Translations under genes and position numbers: made by a program | Source: Squalus acanthias | Taxonomy: Eukaryota | Direction of reading: 5' to 3' | Length of the DNA stretch: 64,000 bases | NCBI GenBank assembly: GCA_030390025.1 | Contig: JASTWF010000358.1 | Span: 1-64,000 of the forward strand | The notes under the pieces: model-generated | Told to the model about the DNA's origin: nothing | What the model saw: only the letters and a program-made list of their open reading frames with translations | The model's database searches: none | In this document: piece after piece, positions 48,782 to 59,684 of the stretch | Position numbering within the stretch: the stretch's first letter is position 1 | Layout of the letters: the number at the start of each line of letters is the position of its first letter

Positions 48782-49942
48782 CTAGAAGCGGCTTGCTATC
48801 AGCCGTTGACGGACGGCCCTTGCAGATTCACCATTGTGGGCCGCCCTCCCGCCTTGGTGCTGCTGATGATCGTCCTCCTCGTCCTCTTCCTCCTCTTCCT
48901 CCTCCTCCTTTGGTGGTGCTCCAAGGCCTGGTGGCATTGGCTGGGTCCTGACGATTGCCATGTTATGCAACATGCAGCACACAACTACGAAGTTACATAC
49001 TCGCTCAGGCGAGTGCTGCACGGCTCCTCCAGAATGGTCGAGACAGCGGAACCGTTGCTTCAGCACGCCAATTGTGCGCTCAATGATGTTACTGGTAGCT
49101 TGATGGCTCTCGTTGTACCGCAGCTCAGCAGGGGTGTTGGGCGTACGGAGCGGTGTCATCAGCCAGGTGCTCAATGGATACCCCTTGTCCCCGAGAAGCC
49201 AACCAATTGGCTGATGCGGTGCCTCGAAAAGTTCTGCCACAGTAGTCTGGCGCAGGATGAAAGCATCATGGCAGCTGCCAGGATAGTGGGCATTGACAGC
49301 GAGTATCAGCTGTCTGCGGACACAGACCAACTGAACATTCAAGGAATGGAACCCCTTTCTGTTCCGGAAATCCTCGGCATTCTCATGTGGAGCACGCAAA
49401 GCCACATGCGTGCAGTCTATGGCGCGCTGCAACATGGGGAAGCCCGCTAACCACGCAAAACCCAGAGCGCGGTCACGCTGCTTGTCTGGGGTCATGGGGA
49501 AAGAGATGAACTTTCGTCTCCTTTTAAAGAGGGCATTTGTGACCTGCCGGATGCAGCAATGCACCGCGAACTGGGAGATATTGGCGAGGTCCCCAGCAGC
49601 AGCTTGAAATGAGCCAGTAGCATAGAAGTTGAGAGTCACTGTGACCTTCACTGCCACCGACAGAGACGTCCTGGACCTCAGTTGAGGCTGCAGATCTGGC
49701 TGCAGCAGATAGCAGATCTCAGTGACCACCTCCTTGCTGAATCGCAGCCTTCGCAAACACAGCTCCTCAGACAAATGAATGTAGGAGAGCTGTTCACGAT
49801 ATACGCTGGGAGGGTAAGCTCTCCTGTACATACGCCTGTTGGCCCTCCTCCGTCTGGCCATCATTGCCACTCTCTCTCTGCGTCTCTGTGTCCTCCGATT
49901 CAGCTGGAGCAGGACGACGCCCCCATTCAGTGCAGCCCCCAT
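48782..49942 (-). CDS. Harbinger transposase copy 3, 386 aa
   Basis: As copy 2. Confidence 0.92.
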   Translation of the reverse strand: MGAALNGGVVLLQLNRRTQRRRERVAMMARRRRANRRMYRRAYPPSVYREQLSYIHLSEELCLRRLRFSKEVVTEICYLLQPDLQPQLRSRTSLSVAVKVTVTLNFYATGSFQAAAGDLANISQFAVHCCIRQVTNALFKRRRKFISFPMTPDKQRDRALGFAWLAGFPMLQRAIDCTHVALRAPHENAEDFRNRKGFHSLNVQLVCVRRQLILAVNAHYPGSCHDAFILRQTTVAELFEAPHQPIGWLLGDKGYPLSTWLMTPLRTPNTPAELRYNESHQATSNIIERTIGVLKQRFRCLDHSGGAVQHSPERVCNFVVVCCMLHNMAIVRTQPMPPGLGAPPKEEEEEEEEDEEDDHQQHQGGRAAHNGESARAVRQRLIASRF

Positions 49943-50818
49943 AGTCTCTTTGCAAGCAAAGTTAGGAAGGACAGCAACCAAAGTACCAGCAAAGTTAGGA
50001 TCAGTAGGCAAAACTACCTCACACAGCGTTGACTCAATGCAGAAGTCTCTCTTTCTCTCTCTCCGAATCTCTCTCTCTCTCTCTCAGAACGACTGGTGCA
50101 AAAATGTCAACCACAGAAAAAGACAGGAAGAGGCCCCCTTTAAATAGCGCCCCCCCCCCAGCCCCACAGCGATTGATAGCGTTCCAGTCTTCCGGTCGTT
50201 GGATTCGCCAGGTGGTAAGGCAGGGGGCGCCACTCAATTTCCGCTCCGGGGCGCCACAAGGGCGTTGCACCATGGAATGACGTCACAATCTGCGCTCGCA
50301 GGTGGTCGCGGCGGTAAAGTTTAGCGCCGCCACACAATGTCTAGTTAAGTTCCCGAGCGGCGCAAACATCGCTGCGCCCGTGCGCTAGCGGCTTTGCGCC
50401 CCATTAGCGCCCTCTTAAGGCGCTAACGGGAGTCGCAACCAACTGAATTTTTACCCATAGGGGGAAAAATTAGGTCGCGCCCCGTTTGGGGCGCAAATAT
50501 CGTCTGGACGCAAATATTAGCGCCTGGCGCTAATTATCGGCACTGACTGGAAACTTCACTTTTACCGCCCCGGGAGGTGAGTGGAGCGCTAAATCAGGCG
50601 CTGCACACCTGTCTTAAGGCGCAAAAGCCGAGCAGTGAGGCGCTAACTCAGAGCGCGAGCGCAGGGCAGCTGCTGCCAGTTAGCGAGGGAACACAGACAC
50701 ACTGGCGCCGGCCACTTCTTAAAGCTGGGGGGGCCAACTTACTCCCCAGCCACACCCTGCTCATTGCAGCCTTGAATCTCGGCCTGGAGAGACCTGTGAA
50801 TCCATTTTGCTGCAAAGG

Positions 50819-52608
50819 ATGGAGAGGGTGAGAGAACGAGCTCATCGCTTCACCGAGCGGGCATTGGATGCTCTGGTTGGCGCGGTGGAGCGCAGAAGAT
50901 GTATGCTCTTCCCTGAGAGTGGCAGGAGGCCTTTGCCACGCGAGTTCAGAAGAGTGTGGAGGGAGGTGGCTCAGACCGTCTCCTCCAGGAGCATGGTGCC
51001 CAGGACCCATACTCAATGCCGCAAAAAGTTCAACGACCTCACTCGGGTCGACAGGGTGAGTGGCTTTTTCTCAATACCTCTCCATCCCTCCATCTCAACC
51101 TCACTCTATGGCCAGAGGGTCTTAAAACCCCAATGCACAACACTCATCCAACACCTATGGCCCTTTCATGAAACACACACACACATTCCACACTTTGCAT
51201 ACAGTAAGGGCTATTCACCTATGGGAGGCACATCAGGCAAGACCATGGCTGCATACAGTAAGGGCTATTCACCTATGGGAGGCACATCAGGCAAGACCAT
51301 GGCTGTATATTTACTCAGATGCTGTCCTTTTTCTTACAGGCAAAGCTGGCGCATAATCGGAGACAGGTGGAAGGCGGCCTCAGCTGCAACCCCTCAGCGA
51401 TCTTGAGGAGCGCGTCCACAGGATTGTGGCAAGCCGGGTGATCGGTCCCGTCGCCACTGGAGACGCCGACCCCGTTCTGGACAGCAATGGTAAGGTCATC
51501 ACCTTTTTGTCCTCTGTCCTTCCACTTGTCCCTCACAACACCAGCCTTTGACACTTTCAATCCAACTTGCTAACTCGCTGCACTTATTCCTCCCTTACTG
51601 CCACCCTGTCGTCACGCTAAAGCCACTCTTGTACATCCCTGCTTTCAGATGGTGATTCACCAGCTGAGGAGACGGGCCCTGAAGCTGCCAGTGGGAGTGA
51701 AGCTGCAGCCGAGGAGGAAGAGGAAGCCGGAGCATCAGTGCCACCCTCTCCCGAGGAAGCCCATGCCCACACTGGGAACACGCCTTCCCTGCAGGGGAGC
51801 AGGGGGGAAGGGTCTGATGAGGGTGAAGCTCCAGGACCCAGCGGGCTGCAGCAACGCCATGGGGGTAGGGAAGAACCGGGGGCCTTCTCCACAGAGGGAG
51901 AGTATGCCAGACACTCCTACTGCAATGGACGCAGAGGAGGAGCGGCTGATCGCAGAAATGAACACCCAGGCGGTGGGCATGCACACTGAGCTCATGGGTG
52001 CAGTGGGAAGGGTGCCCGAATGCATTGAATCACTGGCAAGGAGTGTGGAGCACTTCGCTGTAGCACAGGCGGATGCCACACTAACGCTTAGTGCTGCAAT
52101 TCAGTCACTGGCTGCCGTGATCCCATCTCTGACTGCTCTCATGCAGACTCAGATTGAGGCCACGCGAGCACAGACTGCTGCCAACCTCGATGGTTTGTGT
52201 CACCGCGCCGCAGCAGGCCAGCAATCTGTTATCCAGCAGATTGCTCCGGATGCTGAAGTGCTGCCCCGTGGGAGTGCCAGTGTGTCGGGCGAGCAGGGAG
52301 TTGCTGTCCTCTCTCACGATGACAGCATTCCTGCTGCCAACACTGTCACTTCTCCACTGCACTTGCCACCGCCTGTAGGACAGACTGCTGCCGCCCATGC
52401 AGAGTTGGTGCAGTCTGCAGCCGGGCCATCCAGGCCCAGAACTGGTCGAGGCCGTCCTTCAGGGGCATCTGCAGTGTCAGGGTCTGACGAGCAGCAGCCT
52501 TCCACCAGCCTTGCTGCAGCCACTGAGGTCCCATTACGGAGAAGCAGTAGGGTTAGAAGGGGCGAAGTGCGCAAGGGAAGGAGATCACCCTCGAAGGGCA
52601 AAAAGTAG
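50819..52608 (+). pseudogene. Harbinger Myb/SANT-like gene copy 4, frameshifted
   Basis: 13-bp deletion in exon 2 (~51365) and a 1-bp insertion in exon 3 (~51877). Confidence 0.8.
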
Positions 52609-53079
52609 GAGGTGTGACAAAATGCTGGTCATTTTTTTATTAAAGGTCGAGGTTCATGGTCCAACTTTTGTTTAGTGTTTTGGTCATTATCTCCAGGTTG
52701 TGAGAACCAGTCATGTTATTGAATGTTTTTTGGTGTTTATTTCTATGAGTTTGTCATGAGGAATTGACACACACAGAGTTACTAAAATAAATACGTTTCT
52801 GTATTCAAAATATACATGGTTGGTGGTTGGAATTATTGCTGCCTTGGCCGGCTTAGGGGTTGCGTGCTGGGTTCATTAATGTTGTTAGCAATGGCAGAAG
52901 CCATTTCCACAGCAGGGGCCCTAGAAGCGGCTTGCTATTAGCCGTTGACGGACGGCCCTTGCAGTTTGACCATTGTGGGCCGCCCTCCCGCCTTGGTGCT
53001 GCTGATGATCATCCTCCTCGTCCTCTTCCTCCTCTTCCTCCTCCTCCTCTGGTGGTGCTCCAAGGCCTGGTGGCATTGG

Positions 53080-54081
53080 CTAGGTCCTGAGGATTGCCAT
53101 GTTATGCAATATGCAGCACTCGACTACGAAGTTGGATACTCGCTCAGGCGAGTACTGCAGGGCTCCTCCAGAATGGTCGAGACAGCGGAACCGTTGCTTC
53201 AGCACGCCGATTGTGCGCTCAATTATGTTCCTGGTAGCTTGATGGCTCTCATTGTACCGCAGCTCAGCAGGGGTGTTGGGCGTACGGAGCGGTGACATCA
53301 GCCAGGTGCTCAATGCATACCCCTTGTCCCCGAGAAGCCAACCAACTGGCTGATGCGGTGCCTCGAAAAGTTCTGCCACCGTAGTCTGGCGCAGGATAAA
53401 AGCATCGTGGCAGCTGCCAGGATAGTGGGCATTGACAGCGAGTATCAGCTGTCTGTGGTCAAAGACCAACTGAACATTCAAGGAATGGAACCCCTTTCTG
53501 TTCCGGAATTCCTCGGCATTCTCATGCGGAGCACGCAAAGCCACATGCGTGCAGTCAATGGCGCCCTGCACCATGGGGAAACCCGCTACCCTCGCAAAAC
53601 CCAGAGCGCGGTCACGCTGCTTGTCTGGGGTTATGGGGAAAGAGATGAACTCTCGTCTCATTTTAAATAGGGCATTTGTGACCTGCCGGATGCAGCAATG
53701 CACCGCGAACTGGGAGATATTGGCGAGGTCCCCAGCAGCAGCTTGAAATGAGCCAGTAGCGTAAAAGTTGAGAGCAACTGTGACCTTCACTGCCACCGAC
53801 AGAGACGTCCTGGACCTCAGTTGAGGCTGCAGATCAGGCTGCAGCAGGTGGCAGAGCTCAGTGACCACCTCCTTGCTGAATCGCAGCCTTCGCAAACACA
53901 GCTCCTCAGACATATGAATGTAGGAGAGCTGTTCACGATATACCCTGGGAGGGTAAGCTCTCCTGTACATACGCCTGTTGGCCCTCCTCCGTCTGGCCAT
54001 CATTGCCACTCTCTCTCTGCGTCTCTGTATCCTCCGATTCAGCTGGAGCAGGACGACGCCCCCAATCAGTGCAGCCCTCAT
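53080..54081 (-). CDS. Harbinger transposase copy 4, 333 aa, lacks the acidic tail
   Basis: GAIDCTH, GDKGY and TRNIIERTIG intact. A CAG>TAG change at 53080-53082 removes the last 53 aa. Confidence 0.9.
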   Translation of the reverse strand: MRAALIGGVVLLQLNRRIQRRRERVAMMARRRRANRRMYRRAYPPRVYREQLSYIHMSEELCLRRLRFSKEVVTELCHLLQPDLQPQLRSRTSLSVAVKVTVALNFYATGSFQAAAGDLANISQFAVHCCIRQVTNALFKMRREFISFPITPDKQRDRALGFARVAGFPMVQGAIDCTHVALRAPHENAEEFRNRKGFHSLNVQLVFDHRQLILAVNAHYPGSCHDAFILRQTTVAELFEAPHQPVGWLLGDKGYALSTWLMSPLRTPNTPAELRYNESHQATRNIIERTIGVLKQRFRCLDHSGGALQYSPERVSNFVVECCILHNMAILRT

Positions 54082-54600
54082 ATTCTCTTAGCAAGCAAAG
54101 TTATGAAGGACAGCAACTAAAGTACTAGCGAAGTTAGGATCAATAGGCAAAACTACCTCACAAAGCGTTGAGTCAATGCAGAAGTCTCTCTTTCTCTCTC
54201 TCCGAATCTCTCTCTCTCTCTCAGAACGAGTGGTGCAAAAATGTCGACCACAGAAAAAGACCGGAAGACGCCCCCTTTAAATAGCGCCCCCCCCAGCCCC
54301 ACAGCGATTGATAGCGTTCCAGTCTTCCGGTCGTTGAATGCGCCAGGCGGTAAGGCAGGGGGCGCCACTCAATTTCCGCTCCGGGGCGCCACAAGGGCGT
54401 TGCACCATGAAATGACGTCACAATCTGCGCGTGCAGGTGGTCGCAGCCGTAAGTTTTAGCGCCGCCGCACAATAAAGTTCCCGAGCGGCGCAAACATCGC
54501 TGCGCCCGGGCGTTAGCGGATTTGCGCCCCATTAGCGCCCTCTTAAGGCGCTAACGGGAGGCGCTAACGGGAGGCGCAAACAACTGGATTTTTACCCCTA

Positions 54601-55083
54601 AATCTTTCTATCAGGGAGACCTATTAAAGAGGGAGAATCACCCTCGGGGACCCATTTTAAAGGGAGAGTCTTTCAAACAATGATCACTATTTAAGAGTGA
54701 GTCTTTCTATCAGGGACCTCTTTTAAAGAGAATCTTCCTATTATGCACACAATTTAAAGAGATAGTCTCACCATCAGGGACCCATTTTAAAGAGGGTGTG
54801 TCTTCATCTGGGACACATTTTAAAGAGGGAGCTTCCCCATCAGTAACCTCTTTTAAAGAGGGAGTCTCACCATCATGGACCCCTTTTAAAGAGGGAGTAT
54901 CATCAACAGAGACCCATTTTAAAGAGTGTGTTTTAGCATCAGGGACCCGTTTTAAACAGATAATCTCACCATCAGGGGCCCCTTTTAAAGATGGATTGTC
55001 CTTGGAGGGACCGCTTTTAATGAGGGAGTCTCACCATCAGGATACCTTTAAAAGAGGGAGTTTCAGCATCAGGGACTGCTTTT
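54601..55083 (-). repeat. 33-bp satellite (inverted orientation)
   Basis: Monomer continues in the same orientation as 37011-38039. Confidence 0.93.
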
Positions 55084-55286
55084 CCCATTATTCAAGAAGG
55101 TTAGTCGGGATAAACCAGGAAATTACAGTCCAGTGAGCTTAACATTTGTGCTAGGGAAATTATTGTTAAAAATTCTGAGGGACGGAGTTAATCTCCACTT
55201 GGCGAGGCAAGTATTAATCTAGGATAACAACAGAAAACGCTGGAAAAACTCAGCAGGCCAGGCAGCATCCGTGGAGAGAGAAAGAG

Positions 55287-55323
55287 AGTTGACGTTTCAG
55301 GTCGATGACCTTTCATCAGAACT
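55287..55323 (-). ncRNA. Minimal type I hammerhead ribozyme (downstream copy)
   Basis: AGUU-CUGAUGA-aAGGUC auc GACCU-GAAAC-GUC|AACU: complete core with stems I and II. Confidence 0.88.
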
Positions 55324-55599
55324 GGGAAGAGCTGGAAATCAAATAGATTTAAGGCCAGGGTAAAGCTGGGAAAAGGGGGAGGGGATAAAGGAACAAAGGA
55401 GGAGATGAAGAGACATTAAGAGACATTAAGAGATATGCAAGGCTAGAGGTGGTGTTAATGTGACAGATTAAGGCTGAATGAAGTGTGAAATCTACTGGCA
55501 GAATGAAGGACAGCTGCCAGCTTCTAGGAGGAAAAAAAAGGTGGGGGGGACAAATAAAAGGGTGGATAAAATAAAATATAAATGTGATTGGAGCTGAGG

Positions 55600-58350
55600 T
55601 TATGATCTAAAATTGTTGAACTCGATATTGAGTCCAGAGGGCTGTAGCGTGCCTAAACGAAAGATGAGGTGCTGTTCCTCGAGCTTACGCTGAGCTTCCG
55701 TGGAACAGTGTATTAGGCCGAGGACGGTGAGGTCAGAGTGGGAGTGAAGCGGTGAATTAAAGTGACAGGCCACCGGGAGCTCGGGGTCCCCCTTACGGAC
55801 TGAACGGAGGTGTTCCGCAAAGCGGTCACCCAATCTGCGTTTGGTCTCCCCAATGTAGAGGAGTCCACATCGTGAGCAGCGAATACAGTATACTAAATTG
55901 CAGGAAGTACAAGTAAATCGCTGTTTCACCTGGAAGGGGTGTTTGGGGCCCTGGACAGTGGGAAGAGGGGAGGTATAAGGGCATGTGTTGCATCTCCTGC
56001 GCGTGCACGGGAAGGTGCCGGGCGAAGGGGAAGGGGTGCTGGGGGTGGTAGAGGAGTGGACTAGGGTGTCGCGGAGGGAGCGGTCCCTGCGGAATGCTGA
56101 AAGGGGAGGTGAGGGGAAGATGTGTTTGGTGGTGGGATCACGCTGGAGGTGGCGGAAATGGCGGAGGATGATCCGTTGAATGTGGAGGCTGGTGGGGTGA
56201 AAGGTGAGGACAAGGGGAACCCTATCGTGGTTCCGGGAGGGAGGGGCAGGGGTGAGGGCAGATGTGTGGGAGATAGAACGGACACGGTCGAGGGCCGTGT
56301 CGACCACGGTAGAGGGGAATCCTCGGTTGAGGAAAAAGGAAGACATGTCGGAAGCACTGGTATGGAAGGTGGCATCATCAGAGCAGATGCGGCGGAGACG
56401 GAGAAACTGGGAGAATGGAATAGAGTCCTTACAGGAGGCGGGGTGGGAGGAAGTGTAGTCCAGGTAGCTGTGGGAGTCGGTGGGCTTGTAGTGAATGTTA
56501 GTCAATAACCTATCCCCAGAGATGGAGATGGAGAAGTCGAGGAAGGGAAGAGAAGAGTCGGAGATGGACCATGTGAAGGTGAGGGAAGGGTGGAAATTGG
56601 AAGCATAGTGAATGAAATGTTCTAGTTCAGGGCGAGAGCAGGAGACGGCACCGATACAGTCATCAATGTACCGGAAAAAGAGGTGAGGGAGGGGACCCGA
56701 GTAGGACTGGAACAAAGAGTGTTCCACATATCCCACGAAAAGGCAGGCATAGCTAGGACCCATGCGGGTACCCATAGCAACACCTTTAATTTGGAGGAAA
56801 TGGGTAGAGTCAAAGGAGAAGTTGTTCAATGTGAGAACAAGTTCAGCCAGGCGGAGGAGGGTGGTGGTGGATGGGGACTGGTTGGGCCTCTGTTCAAGGA
56901 AGAAGCGGAGCGCCCTCAGGCCATCCTGGTGGGGAATGGAGGTGTAGAGGGATTGTACGTCCATAGTGAAGAGGAGACGGTTGGGGCCGGGAAACTGGAA
57001 ACTGTTAAAATGGCGGAGGGCATCGGAAGAGTCGCGGATGTAGGTGGGAAGAGACTGGACAAGGGGAGAAAAAATAGAGTCGAGATAGGAAGAGATAAGT
57101 TCCGTGGGGCAAGAACAGGCTGAAACGATGGGTCTACCGGGGCAGTCCTGTTTGTGGATCTTGGGAAGGAGGTAGAAGCGGGCTGTGCGGGGTTGGGGAA
57201 CTATGAGGTTGGCGGCCGTGGGGGGAAGATCTCCAGAGGAGATGAGGTCAGTGACAGTCTTGGACACGGTGGCTTGATGTTCGGTAGTGGGGTCATGGTC
57301 CAGGTGGAGGTAGGAGGAGGTGTCAGAGAGTTGGCGTTCAACTTCCGCTAGGTAGAGGTCGGTTCGCCAAACAACAACAGCGCCACCCTTGTCAGCAGGT
57401 TTAATGACAATGTCAGGGTTGGATCGGAGAGAATGGAGTGCTGCAAGTTCAGAGGGAGGTAGGTTGGAGTGAGTGAGGGGAGCAGAGAAATTGAGCTGGC
57501 CGATGTCACGGCGGCAGTTAGCAATGAAAAGATCAAGAGAGGGTAAGAGGCCAGAGGGAGGGGTCCAGGTGGAACGAGAATTCTGAAAGCGGGAGAAAGG
57601 GTCAGCCGTGCGGGGGGAAGACTCCTGGCCAGAGAAGTGGGCACGGAGACGGAGGCGGCGGAAAAAGAGCTCAGCATCGTGCCGAGCTCGAAATTCATTG
57701 AGATGGGGGCGTAAGGGGATGAAGCTCAGGCCTTTGCTGAGGACTGATCGTTCGGAGTCAGAGAGGGGAAGGTCAGAGGGGATAGTGAAAACGCGGCAGG
57801 GGGTGAGATTGGGAGAAGGGGGGTCAGAGGAAAGTGAAGGGGAAGAAGGTTCCGGAGGGGCTTTAGTGTCCAAGAGTTGTTGAAGCTTGCGATCCTTGAC
57901 ATCGGAAAGGAAGAAGAAAAGTTTTTTGTTGAAGCGTCGGATGAGTCTAAGGATGAAATGGAACTGTGGACCCGGACAGCTTTGAGATAGAGTGCGTCGG
58001 TGCTGCTGAAGAGAGATGTCGAGAGTGTTCATGTGGCGCCGCATGGCATTGAGCGTGGATCTCAAGATGCGGCGAGAGCAGTAGTTCGAGGAACGATGAA
58101 TATCTTGGAGATATTTGTAATCCTGGGTGGATCCGAAACACGAAGGGTGGAAGTTTAGTTGGAATCCACGTGGGATAAGTCGGAACCGGAGACAGTTGCT
58201 GAGGAAAGTAATGTGGCTGTGAAACCGAGTCTTGGCAGATACCTGATCAAACACGAGAAGGGAAACTGAAATCAATGAAGATGAACAAGGTTGAAGAGCC
58301 AAACGGAAATCCCGTCGAAGAGAAGAGCAGAACTTCTTCAAGGTAGGCAT
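55600..58350 (-). CDS. PLE polyprotein: RT + Zn finger + GIY-YIG endonuclease, 916 aa from ATG 58350 (frame open to 58515)
   Basis: KPADKG, PKIHK, GRPIVS, DVQSLYTSI, GVAMG, FRYIDD, CxxxxCxxC linker, VYCIRCSRCGLLYIGET...R..EH; uninterrupted. Confidence 0.95.
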   Translation of the reverse strand: MPTLKKFCSSLRRDFRLALQPCSSSLISVSLLVFDQVSAKTRFHSHITFLSNCLRFRLIPRGFQLNFHPSCFGSTQDYKYLQDIHRSSNYCSRRILRSTLNAMRRHMNTLDISLQQHRRTLSQSCPGPQFHFILRLIRRFNKKLFFFLSDVKDRKLQQLLDTKAPPEPSSPSLSSDPPSPNLTPCRVFTIPSDLPLSDSERSVLSKGLSFIPLRPHLNEFRARHDAELFFRRLRLRAHFSGQESSPRTADPFSRFQNSRSTWTPPSGLLPSLDLFIANCRRDIGQLNFSAPLTHSNLPPSELAALHSLRSNPDIVIKPADKGGAVVVWRTDLYLAEVERQLSDTSSYLHLDHDPTTEHQATVSKTVTDLISSGDLPPTAANLIVPQPRTARFYLLPKIHKQDCPGRPIVSACSCPTELISSYLDSIFSPLVQSLPTYIRDSSDALRHFNSFQFPGPNRLLFTMDVQSLYTSIPHQDGLRALRFFLEQRPNQSPSTTTLLRLAELVLTLNNFSFDSTHFLQIKGVAMGTRMGPSYACLFVGYVEHSLFQSYSGPLPHLFFRYIDDCIGAVSCSRPELEHFIHYASNFHPSLTFTWSISDSSLPFLDFSISISGDRLLTNIHYKPTDSHSYLDYTSSHPASCKDSIPFSQFLRLRRICSDDATFHTSASDMSSFFLNRGFPSTVVDTALDRVRSISHTSALTPAPPSRNHDRVPLVLTFHPTSLHIQRIILRHFRHLQRDPTTKHIFPSPPLSAFRRDRSLRDTLVHSSTTPSTPSPSPGTFPCTRRRCNTCPYTSPLPTVQGPKHPFQVKQRFTCTSCNLVYCIRCSRCGLLYIGETKRRLGDRFAEHLRSVRKGDPELPVACHFNSPLHSHSDLTVLGLIHCSTEAQRKLEEQHLIFRLGTLQPSGLNIEFNNFRS

Positions 58351-58485
58351 TCCAAGAAGAGAGGTGGCAGTGAACCAAACACTAATACGATAGCAAAATA
58401 CTGCAGATGCTGGAAATCCGAAATAACAACAGAAAACGCTGGAAAAACTCAGCAGGCCAGGCAGCATCCGTGGAGAGAGAAAGAG

Positions 58486-58522
58486 AGTTGACGTTTCAGG
58501 TCGATGACCTTTCATCAGAACT
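58486..58522 (-). ncRNA. Minimal type I hammerhead ribozyme (upstream copy)
   Basis: Identical to 55287-55323. Confidence 0.88.
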
Positions 58523-58798
58523 GGGAAGAGCTGGAAATCAAATAGATTTAAGGCCAGGGTAAAGCTGGGAAAAGGGGGAGGGGATAAAGGAACAAAGGTG
58601 GAGATGAAGAGACATTAAGAGACATTAAGAGATATGCAAGGTTAGAGGTGGTGTTAATGTGACAGATTAAGGCTGAATGAAGTGTGAAATCTACTGGCAG
58701 AATGAAGGACAGCTGCCAGCTTCTAGGAGGAAAAAAAAGGTGGGGGGGACAAATAAAAGGGTGGATAAAATAAAATATAAATGTGATTGGAGCTGAGG

Positions 58799-59684
58799 TT
58801 ATGATCTAAAATTGTTGAACTCGATATTGAGTCCAGAGGGCTGTAGCGTGCCTAAACGAAAGATGAGGTGCTGTTCCTCGAGCTTACGCTGAGCTTCCGT
58901 GGAACAGTGTATTAGGCCGAGGACGGTGAGGTCAGAGTGGGAGTGAAGCGGTGAATTAAAGTGACAGGCCACCGGGAGCTCGGGGTCCCCCTTACGGACT
59001 GAACGGAGGTGTTCCGCAAAGCGGTCACCCAATCTGCGTTTGGTCTCCCCAATGTAGAGGAGTCCACATCGTGAGCAGCGAATACAGTATACTAAATTGC
59101 AGGAAGTACAAGTAAATCGCTGTTTCACCTGGAAGGGGTGTTTGGGGCCCTGGACAGTGGGAAGAGGGGAGGTATAAGGGCATGTGTTGCATCTCCTGCG
59201 CGTGCACGGGAAGGTGCCGGTCGAAGGGGAAGGGGTGCTGGGGGTGGTAGAGGAGTGGACTAGGGTGTCGCGGAGGGAGCGGTCCCTGCGGAATGCTGAA
59301 AGGGGAGGTGAGGGGAAGATGTGTTTGGTGGTGGGATCACGCTGGAGGTGGCGGAAATGGCGGAGGATGATCCGTTGAATGTGGAGGCTGGTGGGGTGAA
59401 AGGTGAGGACAAGGGGAACCCTATCGTGGTTCCGGGAGGGAGGGGCAGGGGTGAGGGCAGATGTGCGGGAGATAGAACGGACACGGTCGAGGGCCGTGTC
59501 GACCACGGTAGAGGGGAATCCTCGGTTGAGGAAAAAGGAAGACATGTCGGAAGCACTGGTATGGAAGGTGGCATCATCAGAGCAGATGCGGCGGAGACGG
59601 AGAAACTGGGAGAATGGAATAGAGTCCTTACAGGAGGCGGGGTGGGAGGAAGTGTAGTCCAGGTAGCTGTGGGAGTCGGTGGGC
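58799..59684 (-). pseudogene. 5'-truncated duplicate of the PLE ORF C-terminus (thumb, Zn finger, GIY-YIG) inside the pseudo-LTR
   Basis: Near-identical to the last ~294 aa of the 55600 ORF. Confidence 0.9.

Larger units (their letters stand above)
46293..50456. mobile_element. PIF/Harbinger transposon copy 3
   Basis: Near-identical to copy 2 at an offset of 4169 bp. Confidence 0.95.
50460..54598. mobile_element. PIF/Harbinger transposon copy 4 (most divergent)
   Basis: Right TIR CAACTGGATTTTTACCCC followed by TAA and satellite. Confidence 0.93.
55227..59684 (-). mobile_element. Penelope-like element (probably Neptune clade), partial tandem: a full unit plus a 1.26-kb upstream 3'-end repeat (pseudo-LTR)
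   Basis: ~55227-56485 is repeated at ~58426-59684 (offset 3199). Flanked by TCTAGGATA at 55218-55226 and 59685-59693. Confidence 0.93.

Noticed and set aside
40443..54081. Domesticated host genes HARBI1/NAIF1/MSANTD
   Set aside because: TIRs, the paired two-gene layout, multiple copies and inactivating mutations indicate a transposon.
58351..58515. First 55 aa of the 971-aa PLE ORF
   Set aside because: This ATG lies inside the hammerhead core (CUG-AUG-A), upstream of the predicted cleavage site, so it is probably not the real start.
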